NCBI GenBank assembly: GCA_964343205.1
Contig: CAYFID010000001.1
Span: forward strand, 10,835 to 74,834
Direction of reading: 5' to 3'
DNA from: an uncultured Candidatus Poseidoniales archaeon
Lineage (GTDB): Archaea; Thermoplasmatota; Poseidoniia; Poseidoniales; Thalassarchaeaceae
DNA: 64,000 nt
How positions within the stretch are numbered: the stretch's first letter is position 1; each line of letters begins with the position of its first letter. The notes under the pieces were generated by a model. The model searched no databases and was not told where the DNA came from. It saw nothing but the letters and a program-made list of their open reading frames with translations. A program made the translations under genes and the position numbers. This document shows, piece after piece, positions 42,301 through 49,130 of this stretch.

Positions 42301-42311
42301 ACGAACTGCAT
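33336..42311 (-). CDS. Giant (2991 aa) surface protein. Signal peptide, N-terminal array of thrombospondin-type-3-like Ca-binding repeats, transglutaminase-like (TGc) core, long series of Ig-like beta domains, C-terminal TM and a DUF4129-like cytoplasmic tail.
   Basis: Many DTDGDGxxD / DSDNDGLPDGWE repeats. TGc core GSCDEFTTVFVTMLRVAGIPARKVTGF...FTRWAEVHL (about 39250..39410). TM VAIGALLAAAAALSIGAMLV, then a tail containing RIFEEARYSS. Confidence 0.8.
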   Translation of the reverse strand: MQFVMSNYEGSEITKKKGSAIVFSFFLLSSGIAGMQVGIFEASATTNDQDADGLPYGIEFLINTQPQDWDSDNDGLPDGWEWQYGLDPLSSSGNNGSTGDPDSDGLTNLNEYLFGIPVGWDEPSTANVLDNGVWWNGTVPVSDWDEESAMQVIQGSGSDGADEDPMGNICSDSFDNDHDGMVDSDDGDFDGDADCSSNDDDGDGIEDEDPNGWDTDGDGMPDGWEAANGLDPTSNSNQDGTFGDPDSDGLANIYEYVNPAWGTRNGSTFPPTQYFRPGPINMTITESPCNPVLSLGPGGCLIFTAEVDGITQTDPQNNDTDGDGLNDSFEALVLLTDPTSSDTDSDGIPDGIEFNGTYGDPPQGSDPRSNNTDGDHLDDGEEDLNGNGVIDPGETDPTRINDEGDFDGDGLQNWQENNSCTLWNVSDSDGGGVGDGDEGFPGQTDPCTSIFELTFLILEWDASRDTLTLNSTTGIDPDPVDWRGNTPHAYYISPNGTRTPFNYTSLESVFMEGVDTPPPTNSNTIVFINGSWCWNATSGAINDPWCDDDYKDTDGDGLADWEEQMATWGFLSDPSLADTDGDGMDDLSEVLNLTDPREPCHNLLDTDGDGLNNYFENTTGCEMIFGILGGDGGNFTIDVWFTLWNVADTDNGGVEDGQEYIDGTNPQDNPDDDINPLDTDGDGIPDTIEEELGTDWRDPDTDGGGVPDGEECPPDFWILECVGSPGDPFDPLDDIMENSLMFTATNTSEGLDPSIVHYWRWHTYDYYTGVSWGVNSSLFGNSQIIPDFSADEDVADQSFWNHSGPLSWEITFDEAGYIGPGQELIQPHNVVNYTTWIDLSAGLNFSNFTRDVIVDNAVIEALYVNAPEVILGTEIRDNSTSFSGSEYGLDLPQDFLDNSEFVSNLTQSVLDQSGAISAWDKVIAIQDFLINGNETITFLRNHDGSGRADGHWNTSDVTHWILNSSHQGSCDEFTTVFVTMLRVAGIPARKVTGFSGGTWDGKGIQVYGKDFTRWAEVHLQTNQNQGELDLGWLPFEACPPASQVSVTLDSWGPDSVERNTTISDHIWINGTLVFLDNLSAANNISVTLYLVDPELSEEIPGRAAVQEHIVATAVTDSNGSFNLTGLPEQVIQPGLGSLVILTSEKGYVGTQGITGYLDFSTFSSLPWVLNVSDDVSISINEPSPITEPMLGIGVNTTVSGQLSWSSSPNLDPSIVDNLQVVLNFSSSVDGEVTLVSDVSGGGFYEFSVPIDESEPLGLIGAAISFLGWHSSDQNNATPPEYHARPGSFPFQFNITLSPNLSVVLEAEGTNNSILEIDSNIFLNGTVLSRGPSPTPLNGTLFLEMRRSDISGPFEQLSSWYLNSSSWGSSPGEFSISWLFGSSDVPLPAGPVEVRFQFDADDLNANDQEQFSDIFGIRSFVVFDYTLPPAIRGREHNTDVFLTDHTGSSFASFEGDFNLDFAGDSVWNQTDPDSGRITTSFTPELDMDPGDYAWELSYGGSTWLSPNSTSEIVRVKGLANASATLGEEWTARGSTNWVSGFAMDMVLITQVIGNNSSVTALLNVPSELPNTPGGFPASPTVYTLASGWLDTSNGAYNLSFEIPSGISSGVYDLEIRLDFSVNPPQGDSYYNAGDSSVIQIGIQTEFVVESTPQSIILVAGEQLIVESTVTDIEDATETISGVSLDLYFDWGGPLQQLLQSGTTDSAGRFSFNPVVPASTPPGFYDVRVHAPDDLTDNLTTAGAGRWIGNESIVNLTVQVDSSVDITSIPSQVTALQPFIIEGTVLDSVDSNRSIEGPVGINVFFLDEPGELLIENYTTNATGSFNVTVPTDTLGNGVLRGDRTVIVSVVNDSTPFYLTGTGDASILVMGVSQFVDSNPFINTIVNRGETATITTRLVEFSNNEAPLSGLTIHARFHQTWLDPDVTAADGSVAFEFDIPHNHPLGLVNITFVFNGSEDLNPAVQVLNTITVRSSTSMAIDQITANPLPGEFFNVSGSLTSSNGSGLTDRTGNALNPTLTFTIDGETDTFTVPQVSFQSDGTWIAQIRLELSFPRGPHSIEVDFTPQVTYFTSASGFSTFDSRGYSFLTIESPDDLDSDSRTLRGESFDINLSIIDNSGTPLQSATLIVKIDNVTVWGGITDSDGLASASIVVRDDRDPGPMVVNATFSGINGSIGLLGDETWTRVIVLAPTVLTLKEASSPSIAGDSVTLIGSLMDERGQPLKDDGNPLGGLIHLYIDGIDVGPSYTTVSNATTGQWSITFQIPADMEFGLHTARVEFLGGFSWVDPMGQGDSINPEYYIGSSDSVGFNVTQTSQIVISTPPGEIDRSEVALIEGMLTDGVGRALPNRELVLTINGEELTSLSVAGNGSFTAFVPISPDMHLGPLLIEVSYEGEQFVLPSNSSVVFTVFSPVFVTIEEPHPVAVGDTLTISGRVKDNLEDGWLGSHTIEVFVDGLLVGMASSVDNGTWSLNWTLPESMEIGNHSVSAVSPAQGFYRQGSTESSFTVSYHTSISLQVEEVYATRGGEWNFTGRLFESDTGFEQGLDGREVLVLLDGSIVETVITEAGGLFSYSQRVQYSLSRGSHNVTFQYGGEFLYLPTDSVLTVFALSDIVIEIQPITNTIVRGDPSPSSSIMLQGLIREVGGDSAIFGNLTMTLWWGDSALPTTLGPWDNPNTMNFQIRAKAQEYMHPGENTITIAVESDQDRFLNGASKDVDVMILVEVEFVLSDLELSIGQRVIRGTVNVTAKDTGEPMEGLSMTAILLNGSTSHFSMSKLTSSEGVFDYEFKSLAPMPPLSDLSSWGRLSVMIGSDSEYIDPGSLAVLPTGGVQIDYEEQDSGSLFGSATVAIGALLAAAAALSIGAMLVNTRRKSAIKELASVFSQTAEMLASGDEYRKAIFLCYQNLCSVLMRRSFLRRNFETVREFESAIRQALPISEASLISLDRIFEEARYSSHVLGDSHRDNAQLALSSVIQEIEAIQEMPTRGPLQLESDE

Positions 42312-42388
42312 AGTTTTCGACCCCTAATTTATTGGCGCAAACTACGGGTCTTAAGAAGAATGGAGCGTAGTTCGGACAAGTGGGCAGG

Positions 42389-45343
42389 TCATATCAGTTC
42401 GACATCTTCGTCGTCGTACTTTTCCACCCCTATGGGTTCTTCCTGAGCAGTAACTGGAGCGGGTATTTCTGAGAGTTCGTCGGACTCCGCAGTTTCTGGT
42501 TCAGATAGTGACTCTATCATGTCCATCTGGGCCATCCATCTTCTTCTGTTAATTCTGCTCTGAACACCGGCGAAAAGAAGGATAACGCCCACAACAACAA
42601 GGACCAAGGATATTGGTCTTGGGTGGGAGATCTCATTGAGAATTATGTCCGTGAAAGAGCCAATTTCCACAATAGCATTTAGCGTGAACTTTGCGGTCTC
42701 TGACTCCGAGAAACTCTGCTCAGTGTCAAGAGGAGTTGCTGTAACGGTAATGGGTACAGAATCACCGTTATTTGCCGAAGAAGAAACGGAGATTTCCACC
42801 GTGAAAGTAGCCTCATCGAAAGCTTCAATCTCGATAAGTGGAGAACCGGAGAGACCCCCAATCCCCACACCCCAGCCGCTTTGGTCCACGTCTGCCTCAA
42901 GTAGAACTGTCATGGGGCTATTTCCTTCGTTCTTTACCTTCATCTGGATGGAATAGTCCTCACCGGGAGCCAGTTTCGTGTTCTGTGATACTTGAACTAT
43001 CTCCAACATAGGTAGGTCTGCGTCAACCTCGAACGTCATTGGAAGGTCGAAATACCTAGGTTGTTCCTCTTCAATGTCTTCGACGATTCTAAGGAAAACA
43101 GTGTGATTACCTACTTCTACCTGGTTTGTCATTGTAACACTCACGAATACCTCTGTGAAATCACCCGGACCTAATGATATTCGGGGTACGGCTTCACCTT
43201 CAGAATCGGTAATCTGAAAATCCCACTGCCCATAAGCCTGGTTTCGATCCGTGTTCTCCTTCAGCGAGGAGGGGTTCTGAAGAAGCCACCACGATGCTGC
43301 GTCAAGCTCTGTTTCGCTGTTGGTTATCCTTGCCCTGAACTCCATATATGGCCTATCCTGACCTGGTGCGCATAACGAGACCTTCATGTGCCCCAAAGGA
43401 GTTCCGTCACAATCCTGTGAAATCTCACCCCTTATTCCAAATGTTCTCTGAATTGTGAAGGAGACCGTTGTAGCGGTAGAGGCGTTTCCACCGCTAATTA
43501 CCTCTATCTCGATCTCACCTATGTCATTGTCATCTCTGTCTACGCTTGGCTTAATACCAAGAATTAGGACCTGGGTATTGTGCCTCTCCAAGAGTGATGT
43601 GTGAAACGTTCCGTCACCTTCGTCCTGATCGATTCTCTGTCCGGTATTGTTATCATGCAACTGAAAAATTGCCTTTGACCTCTTCACAATGTCGATTCGG
43701 AACGTGTCTGCATCGAAACCTGTATTGAAAATCTCCAAAATAAATGGGTTAAATTCCCCGTATTCAGCGAACCTAGGGACAGTGGAATCCAGAGCATCCC
43801 CCCTCGAAGAGTTGGCTATTGGCACCTTATGATCTTCTGACCAAATTGAGACTACTGGAGGTTGATAAACATCTATCTTCTCCACACTGAGGGTGAGTGT
43901 GTCTTGATGTACGACAGAAATTACCCCTTCAACATCTGCCTCGGCGACGGCTCTGATTTCGATCTTCTTCGGCATGCCGGTAAGATCGTTTGGAGCAGTC
44001 AGAGTAACGGTTGGGTTCAATATTGTCCCACCTGAGCTCATTTCGTATCCTGCTGGAGAATCGAACTCAACTAACCAAGAGCTCCCCAACTCAGTTAGGA
44101 CCTCGAGTTGAACATTCATTGATTTTGTAGAGTCCCCCCTATGCACCAGAACCATGGGTATTGGAGTAACCTTTCCGGGTGCAAAATATTCCACTCCACG
44201 ATCGAACCTGTGCTTCAGAGAGACTCCGAACTGGTGCATCTCTATTGGTTCGTGCTCGATTTCAATCTCGTTCCCGCCTACGTCCCTAACTTTGAGAATC
44301 GCTGTGTACTCCCCGGAAGGTAGGCCGCTCTTGTAGGTGTGCAAGTATTTCCCAAAGATTCCAGTGCTAGAGTCTTCGATGTCTTCTAAATCTCCCGTAA
44401 TCCTTTCATCTACCTCGTAATTCCCGCCCGGGCCCCGCAATAGGATGTGAACCCTGGAGATGTCACTCCTTCCGAAAGCACTGATTGCATCAATTGAGAA
44501 CTGCATCTCCCTGTCCTCAATAATGTCATTGGGGAACCAGTCCAGTTCGGGGCCCTCGGCGATGTTTGCCCCCTCTCTCTGTACTACGATTATGCTATTC
44601 ATCAGGGCATTACCATTTACTTCCACTTTGGAGAACTTATTGGCTTCGTTTTCTATCTTATTGAATGCGACCTCGGCAGTGCAATCTGACCCGCCAAATG
44701 GACTATCGCTGCTGTCGCATCCAGACATGCTAGCTCTGACTTTGATAATCAACCGCTCGTTATTCTTGACCTCGAAGGACTCAGAACCCCCAATTCCTAC
44801 CTCGATAATCTCGTGGTCGAAGTCACAAGTACTTCCCCATGAAGAAGTGCATACTGACCCCCCGTAGGTAGTACTCCCAACGGATCCTGACGTGGTCAGT
44901 ATAGAAACAGTCCAGTCAACGTTTGAGTTTTGGGGCCCCTCTGCCTTGAGGAAAAGTTCTACCGGGATGTAATAGGAATCGTTAGAATGAAATTGTCTAC
45001 CGAAAAGTTCCATTGAAGACATCAATGAAATAGACATGAACTGAACATCGTCGTCCAGGGCACTGGAGACCAATTGCTCTTCATCGGCCGAGGGGGGCTG
45101 TGTTGTAATGAGTCCGTCCATTCCAGAGGTCTGGTTTTGTCCTGGCTCGGCAAAGTATAGTTTGTACAAATTAGCGTCAGGAGGACTTTCGGAGGCATAT
45201 GATTTTCCAGAAGCTTGCAAATCGTTGGTATTTATTCCAAAGCCGTAGGGCACTAGAAGAAGCAAGGCAACGACAAACGTTACGAGGGTCGTTTTGCGGG
45301 TAGTCCGGCCATAACTGTGTTTTCGCACGATTGTGCGCCGCAT
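42389..45343 (-). CDS. Surface protein (984 aa) with N-terminal signal anchor, Ig-like/CARDB-like beta domains, and C-terminal TM plus acidic tail
   Basis: N-terminus TTLVTFVVALLLLVPYGF. C-terminal TM ISLVLVVVGVILLFAGV followed by the acidic tail ...EIPAPVTAQEEPIGVEKYDDEDVELI. Confidence 0.65.
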   Translation of the reverse strand: MRRTIVRKHSYGRTTRKTTLVTFVVALLLLVPYGFGINTNDLQASGKSYASESPPDANLYKLYFAEPGQNQTSGMDGLITTQPPSADEEQLVSSALDDDVQFMSISLMSSMELFGRQFHSNDSYYIPVELFLKAEGPQNSNVDWTVSILTTSGSVGSTTYGGSVCTSSWGSTCDFDHEIIEVGIGGSESFEVKNNERLIIKVRASMSGCDSSDSPFGGSDCTAEVAFNKIENEANKFSKVEVNGNALMNSIIVVQREGANIAEGPELDWFPNDIIEDREMQFSIDAISAFGRSDISRVHILLRGPGGNYEVDERITGDLEDIEDSSTGIFGKYLHTYKSGLPSGEYTAILKVRDVGGNEIEIEHEPIEMHQFGVSLKHRFDRGVEYFAPGKVTPIPMVLVHRGDSTKSMNVQLEVLTELGSSWLVEFDSPAGYEMSSGGTILNPTVTLTAPNDLTGMPKKIEIRAVAEADVEGVISVVHQDTLTLSVEKIDVYQPPVVSIWSEDHKVPIANSSRGDALDSTVPRFAEYGEFNPFILEIFNTGFDADTFRIDIVKRSKAIFQLHDNNTGQRIDQDEGDGTFHTSLLERHNTQVLILGIKPSVDRDDNDIGEIEIEVISGGNASTATTVSFTIQRTFGIRGEISQDCDGTPLGHMKVSLCAPGQDRPYMEFRARITNSETELDAASWWLLQNPSSLKENTDRNQAYGQWDFQITDSEGEAVPRISLGPGDFTEVFVSVTMTNQVEVGNHTVFLRIVEDIEEEQPRYFDLPMTFEVDADLPMLEIVQVSQNTKLAPGEDYSIQMKVKNEGNSPMTVLLEADVDQSGWGVGIGGLSGSPLIEIEAFDEATFTVEISVSSSANNGDSVPITVTATPLDTEQSFSESETAKFTLNAIVEIGSFTDIILNEISHPRPISLVLVVVGVILLFAGVQSRINRRRWMAQMDMIESLSEPETAESDELSEIPAPVTAQEEPIGVEKYDDEDVELI

Positions 45344-45444
45344 CCGGGATGTTAAAGAGTTCGGGAGGTTAGAGCGAGTGATGCATCGGTTATCGCACGT
45401 TCTCGTCCGCTCGGTTGAAATCGAAGGTCGGGACTCGGAGGCCT

Positions 45445-45530
45445 GCAGGGGTACCCGAGCTGGTCAAAGGGGCCGGACTTAAGCTCCGGTGCTTAGTGCT
45501 TCATGGGTTCGAATCCCATCCCCTGCACCA
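45445..45530 (+). tRNA. tRNA-Leu (anticodon UAA), class II, with genomically encoded CCA
   Basis: Acceptor gcagggg/cccctgc (7 perfect bp), D-arm ccc-gagctggtcaaag-ggg, anticodon stem ccgga/tccgg with loop cTTAAgc, long variable region, T-arm atggg-ttcgaat-cccat, discriminator A, then CCA. Confidence 0.8.
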
Positions 45531-45532
45531 AT

Positions 45533-45940
45533 TTACTCCTTGATCCTAGTAATGCAGCAACCAAGGGCTCCCTGGACCCCTGGAATTTCAGACTTAGTAA
45601 TTTTGACAATCCCTGCAATTACCTGGACTGGGGACAAGATGATATCGAGTAATTCGTTCGCAATTTGCTCGAGTAACTCAAACCTCCCACTTCCAATTAC
45701 ATGATCCAGAGCTTCGATTAGGTATTCGTAGTCCATTACATCCTCGATTCCCAATAATTTTGCATCCCCCTCTGAAATATGGGCAGCATAAATATCGAAG
45801 ATGACTCGTTGACTTGATCCAAACTCAAAATCGTGAATTCCTACCTCTATTTCTCTGGCAGCGTTTTCTAGGAAAACCACTGTGGCTTCCCCGTTGGTCT
45901 TAGAAACTAGGCTAGAAAGAGTGTCCCCCAGATCAGCCAC
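45533..45940 (-). CDS. folB: Dihydroneopterin aldolase
   Basis: FolB-like pattern VIFDIYA...DYEYLIEALDHVIGSGRFELLEQIANELLDII...ITKSEIPGVQGA, comparable to bacterial FolB LVFDIEM...YADIAETVVSHVEGARFALVERVAEEVAELL...KPGAV; 135 aa. Confidence 0.65.
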   Translation of the reverse strand: MADLGDTLSSLVSKTNGEATVVFLENAAREIEVGIHDFEFGSSQRVIFDIYAAHISEGDAKLLGIEDVMDYEYLIEALDHVIGSGRFELLEQIANELLDIILSPVQVIAGIVKITKSEIPGVQGALGCCITRIKE

Positions 45941-45942
45941 TT

Positions 45943-46725
45943 CTACTCCTCCGTTTCGAATACTACGTCCCTACCCCTGTTCATGAACCTCTCACCACAA
46001 TCGACGAAAAGAACCTGGCCCGTCAGTGCCTTGGCATTCAGAAGGAAAGAGACGGATTCTGCTACATCGCTAGGTTTTGGTCCGTATCCTAGTGGGGACG
46101 ATTGCTGGGCCTTTGAGAATCCAGAATCTGTTTGTTCGGGACTGGCAAGTGTGTGCCCTGGTGCTACGGCGTTGACTCGTACCTTTGGGGCGAGTCCTCT
46201 GGCGAGGGTTTCGGTCATCCCCAGCATAGCGAATCTCGATGCCGTGTAAGATAGATAATCGGAGTTCGGGGAAGCAATTTTCTGATCTATGATGTTGACA
46301 ACTGATCCATATGCACCATCTGGAATTCCTTCTGCCAGTGCCCCGATCAACAACGTCTGTGCTCTTGCGTTTACAGCCATATGTGAATCCCATGAGGCCT
46401 CACTAACCGAGAATATATCGTCATATTCGAACAATGACGCGTTGTTAACCAAATCAGTAATTGGGCCTAATTCATAGCGACACTGGCCAATTAAACCAGA
46501 TGCCGCTCCAATTTCAGAGAGATCACACCTAACAGAAACCGCTTTAGAGCCCATGGAGACAATCTGCTCCACTACCTCAAGAGATTCGGGTTCTGAATTT
46601 CTATGGTGGACTGCCACATCAAAGCCATCCCTAGCAAGCCTTAGGCAGATTTCCCTACCAATCCTCTTGGACCCCCCGGTAACAAGCACGGTTCTGCCCA
46701 TGGTTGCCGGATGGGAGGCATGCAT
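45943..46725 (-). CDS. Short-chain dehydrogenase/reductase (possible pteridine reductase given folB adjacency)
   Basis: Rossmann motif VLVTGGSKRIGREI, NAS segment, and an active-site region YTASR (Arg in place of the usual Lys of YxxxK). Confidence 0.7.
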   Translation of the reverse strand: MHASHPATMGRTVLVTGGSKRIGREICLRLARDGFDVAVHHRNSEPESLEVVEQIVSMGSKAVSVRCDLSEIGAASGLIGQCRYELGPITDLVNNASLFEYDDIFSVSEASWDSHMAVNARAQTLLIGALAEGIPDGAYGSVVNIIDQKIASPNSDYLSYTASRFAMLGMTETLARGLAPKVRVNAVAPGHTLASPEQTDSGFSKAQQSSPLGYGPKPSDVAESVSFLLNAKALTGQVLFVDCGERFMNRGRDVVFETEE

Positions 46726-46802
46726 TTTACCGATTGGTCGGGTTGGTCGATGGGACCAACACGAGAAAACGGTTAATGTCGAGCCTTCACCCCAGTGTTT
46801 TG

Positions 46803-47870
46803 ATGGAGAGGCGTTTGCCGACCATAGAAGAAGCGGGAGGTCCCCCCGGAGGTTGCGGGGGTACTTCGAGAATTGATCCCTCGGCCAAGAGGAAATCCAT
46901 TAGGAAGAGGCTTCCACCTTGGTTTAGGACGTCCCTCCCAACCGGGAAGTCCCAGGAAAGATACAACGGTACAAAATCAAACGTAAACCAACATGGCCTG
47001 AATACGGTGTGCGAGGAGGCAAGGTGCCCCAACGTCCATGACTGCTGGGGGAGGGGCACTGCCACATTCATGGTTGCAGGAGAAGTATGCACAAGGGGGT
47101 GCAGGTTCTGCGCAGTGGGAACTGTGAAGGCCCCGCCGGAATTGAATACTAATGAGCCCGCAGAGCTAGCAGATGCAGTGTCAAAAATGGGTCTTAGCTA
47201 TGTGGTGATAACTGTCGTAAACAGAGATGACCTAGTAGATGGAGGGGCAACTCACTATCGGAATTGTGTGATTGAGGTTGCAAGAAGAAACCCCGACACA
47301 GGGGTGGAACTGCTGTGTTCTGATTTGGACGGAAACCTTGGCGCCCTCGAATCATTACTGGAAAATCTGCCACTGAGAGTTTTCGCCCACAACGTAGAGT
47401 GCGTCCCTAGGCTTGACGAGTTTGTTAGGGATCCTAGGGCTTCTTTCGGGCAGTCATTGGAGATCCTCAAGATGGCAAAGAAGATTCGTCCCGATCTGCT
47501 CACGAAAACCAGCCTAATGGTGGGCCTGGGGGAAAGTGACGAAGAGATCTCACATGCCTTGGCGTTGATCAGAGAATCAGGTGTTGACATGGTTACTCTG
47601 GGGCAGTACCTTCAGCCGAGCTACAAACACATTCCAGTTGATAGGTTCCCTGAACCTGAGAGATTTGCAGATTGGGACCAAATGGCAAGGGAGATAGGCT
47701 TCAGTGCTGTAGCTAGCGGGCCCCTGGTAAGGTCTAGCTATCGAGCAGGTTTGCTATGGGAAGAGGCCCTCGGAGGAGAGCCCGTAGTTACTCGAGATTC
47801 CACTGGGTCTGCAGTTAGCTACCTGATTTCGAAAGATCAGCCCGTATCAGTAAGAGGCCAAACGTCATGA
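46803..47870 (+). CDS. lipA: Lipoyl synthase
   Basis: TVCEEARCPNVHDCW and FMVAGEVCTRGCRFC radical-SAM/LipA cysteine motifs; start chosen at the internal Met to avoid overlap with the divergent SDR gene (alternatives 46704 and 46776). Confidence 0.85.
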   Translation: MERRLPTIEEAGGPPGGCGGTSRIDPSAKRKSIRKRLPPWFRTSLPTGKSQERYNGTKSNVNQHGLNTVCEEARCPNVHDCWGRGTATFMVAGEVCTRGCRFCAVGTVKAPPELNTNEPAELADAVSKMGLSYVVITVVNRDDLVDGGATHYRNCVIEVARRNPDTGVELLCSDLDGNLGALESLLENLPLRVFAHNVECVPRLDEFVRDPRASFGQSLEILKMAKKIRPDLLTKTSLMVGLGESDEEISHALALIRESGVDMVTLGQYLQPSYKHIPVDRFPEPERFADWDQMAREIGFSAVASGPLVRSSYRAGLLWEEALGGEPVVTRDSTGSAVSYLISKDQPVSVRGQTS

Positions 47871-47892
47871 GCGGGGTTGAGGTGTAGGGGTT

Positions 47893-49128
47893 ATGGGGAT
47901 GAAGGACAGCGATTCGAAAATCCAAGTCCCTGACGCACCATTCAGGCCGGGCGATAAGGCAAGTTTCGAGAACTGGCCATGGAACCCAGGAGACTTAGCA
48001 ATGCCAGACCCAAAAACTTGCAAGTTCCAAGACACAGATGATCTGGCTAACGGACTAGTGCGGGTTTTGGACGATACAGGGGTTGCTTCTGGCGAATGGG
48101 ACCCGAAGCTGAAGGCTGAAGAGCTGCGATCTGGGCTAGAACACATGGTTAGACTGAGGATTTTCGATGACAGGATGATGAAAATGCAGAGGACCGGGCT
48201 CCTATCCTTCTACATGAGGTCATTCGGAGAAGAGGCAGTGGCAATTGCTCAAACCATGGCCCTGGAAGAAGTTGACTGGATATTCCCCACATACAGGCAG
48301 CCTGGTGCGCAGTTCGTAAGGGGGAGAAGCATGGTAAGCATGATTTGCCATTGTATAGGAAACGAAGAGGACAATATCAAGGGGAGGCAAATGCCAGTCC
48401 ATTACTCCTATCGAGAAGGACGCTTCATCTCAGTTTCCAGCCCTGTAGGGACTCAGTTCAGTCAAGCCGTTGGGGTTGCCCTAGCCTCCAAGCACAAAGG
48501 ACTAGACGAAGTCACCATAACTTGGATAGGGGATGGAGCAAGCGCGGAAGGTGACTACCACTATGCCCTCAACTTCGCCAGCGTTTTCAACGCCCCTGTG
48601 ATCCTAAACCTGGTAAACAACCAGTGGGCAATTTCAACGCATGCCAACTTCGCCACTGGAAAAGGGAATTTCGCAACAAGGGGACTCCCATACGGGTTAG
48701 CCTCAATCAGGGTTGATGGGAACGACTTCCTAGCCCTCTACTCAGTTACCAGGTGGGCAAGGGAGAGAGCCTCGGCAGGAGCAGGTGCTACCCATATCGA
48801 AGTTCTAACTTACAGGGCCGGGGCACACAGCAGCAGTGACGACCCTAGCAGATATCGGCCCGGTGACGAGCATACAAAGTGGCCAGGAGGAGACCCAATA
48901 ACTAGGTTGAAGGAACATCTAATCAAATGTGGTGAGTGGAGCGAAGAACAGCATTCGGAACTTGAGGAGAGGATTGACTCAGAGGTTGTTGACGCATACA
49001 AGGAGGCCGTCAAATTTGGAGATCTGGCCAATGGACCTTATCCCTCGGCAGACACCATCTTCACCGAGGTCTATGAAGAAATGCCGTGGCACCTTAGGGA
49101 ACAGCACGATGAGGTAATGGGGGGCTGA
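47893..49128 (+). CDS. 2-oxoacid dehydrogenase E1 component alpha subunit (TPP-dependent)
   Basis: TPP-binding motif GDGASAEGDYHYALNFAS and the YRQPG region. Confidence 0.85.
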   Translation: MGMKDSDSKIQVPDAPFRPGDKASFENWPWNPGDLAMPDPKTCKFQDTDDLANGLVRVLDDTGVASGEWDPKLKAEELRSGLEHMVRLRIFDDRMMKMQRTGLLSFYMRSFGEEAVAIAQTMALEEVDWIFPTYRQPGAQFVRGRSMVSMICHCIGNEEDNIKGRQMPVHYSYREGRFISVSSPVGTQFSQAVGVALASKHKGLDEVTITWIGDGASAEGDYHYALNFASVFNAPVILNLVNNQWAISTHANFATGKGNFATRGLPYGLASIRVDGNDFLALYSVTRWARERASAGAGATHIEVLTYRAGAHSSSDDPSRYRPGDEHTKWPGGDPITRLKEHLIKCGEWSEEQHSELEERIDSEVVDAYKEAVKFGDLANGPYPSADTIFTEVYEEMPWHLREQHDEVMGG

Positions 49129-49130
49129 AT

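Noticed and set aside
45445-45530. tRNA-Leu as an attachment site of an integrated element
   Set aside because: No integrase, transposase, direct repeat of the tRNA 3-prime end or compositional break is visible in the flanking 10 kb; the neighbours are core metabolic genes.
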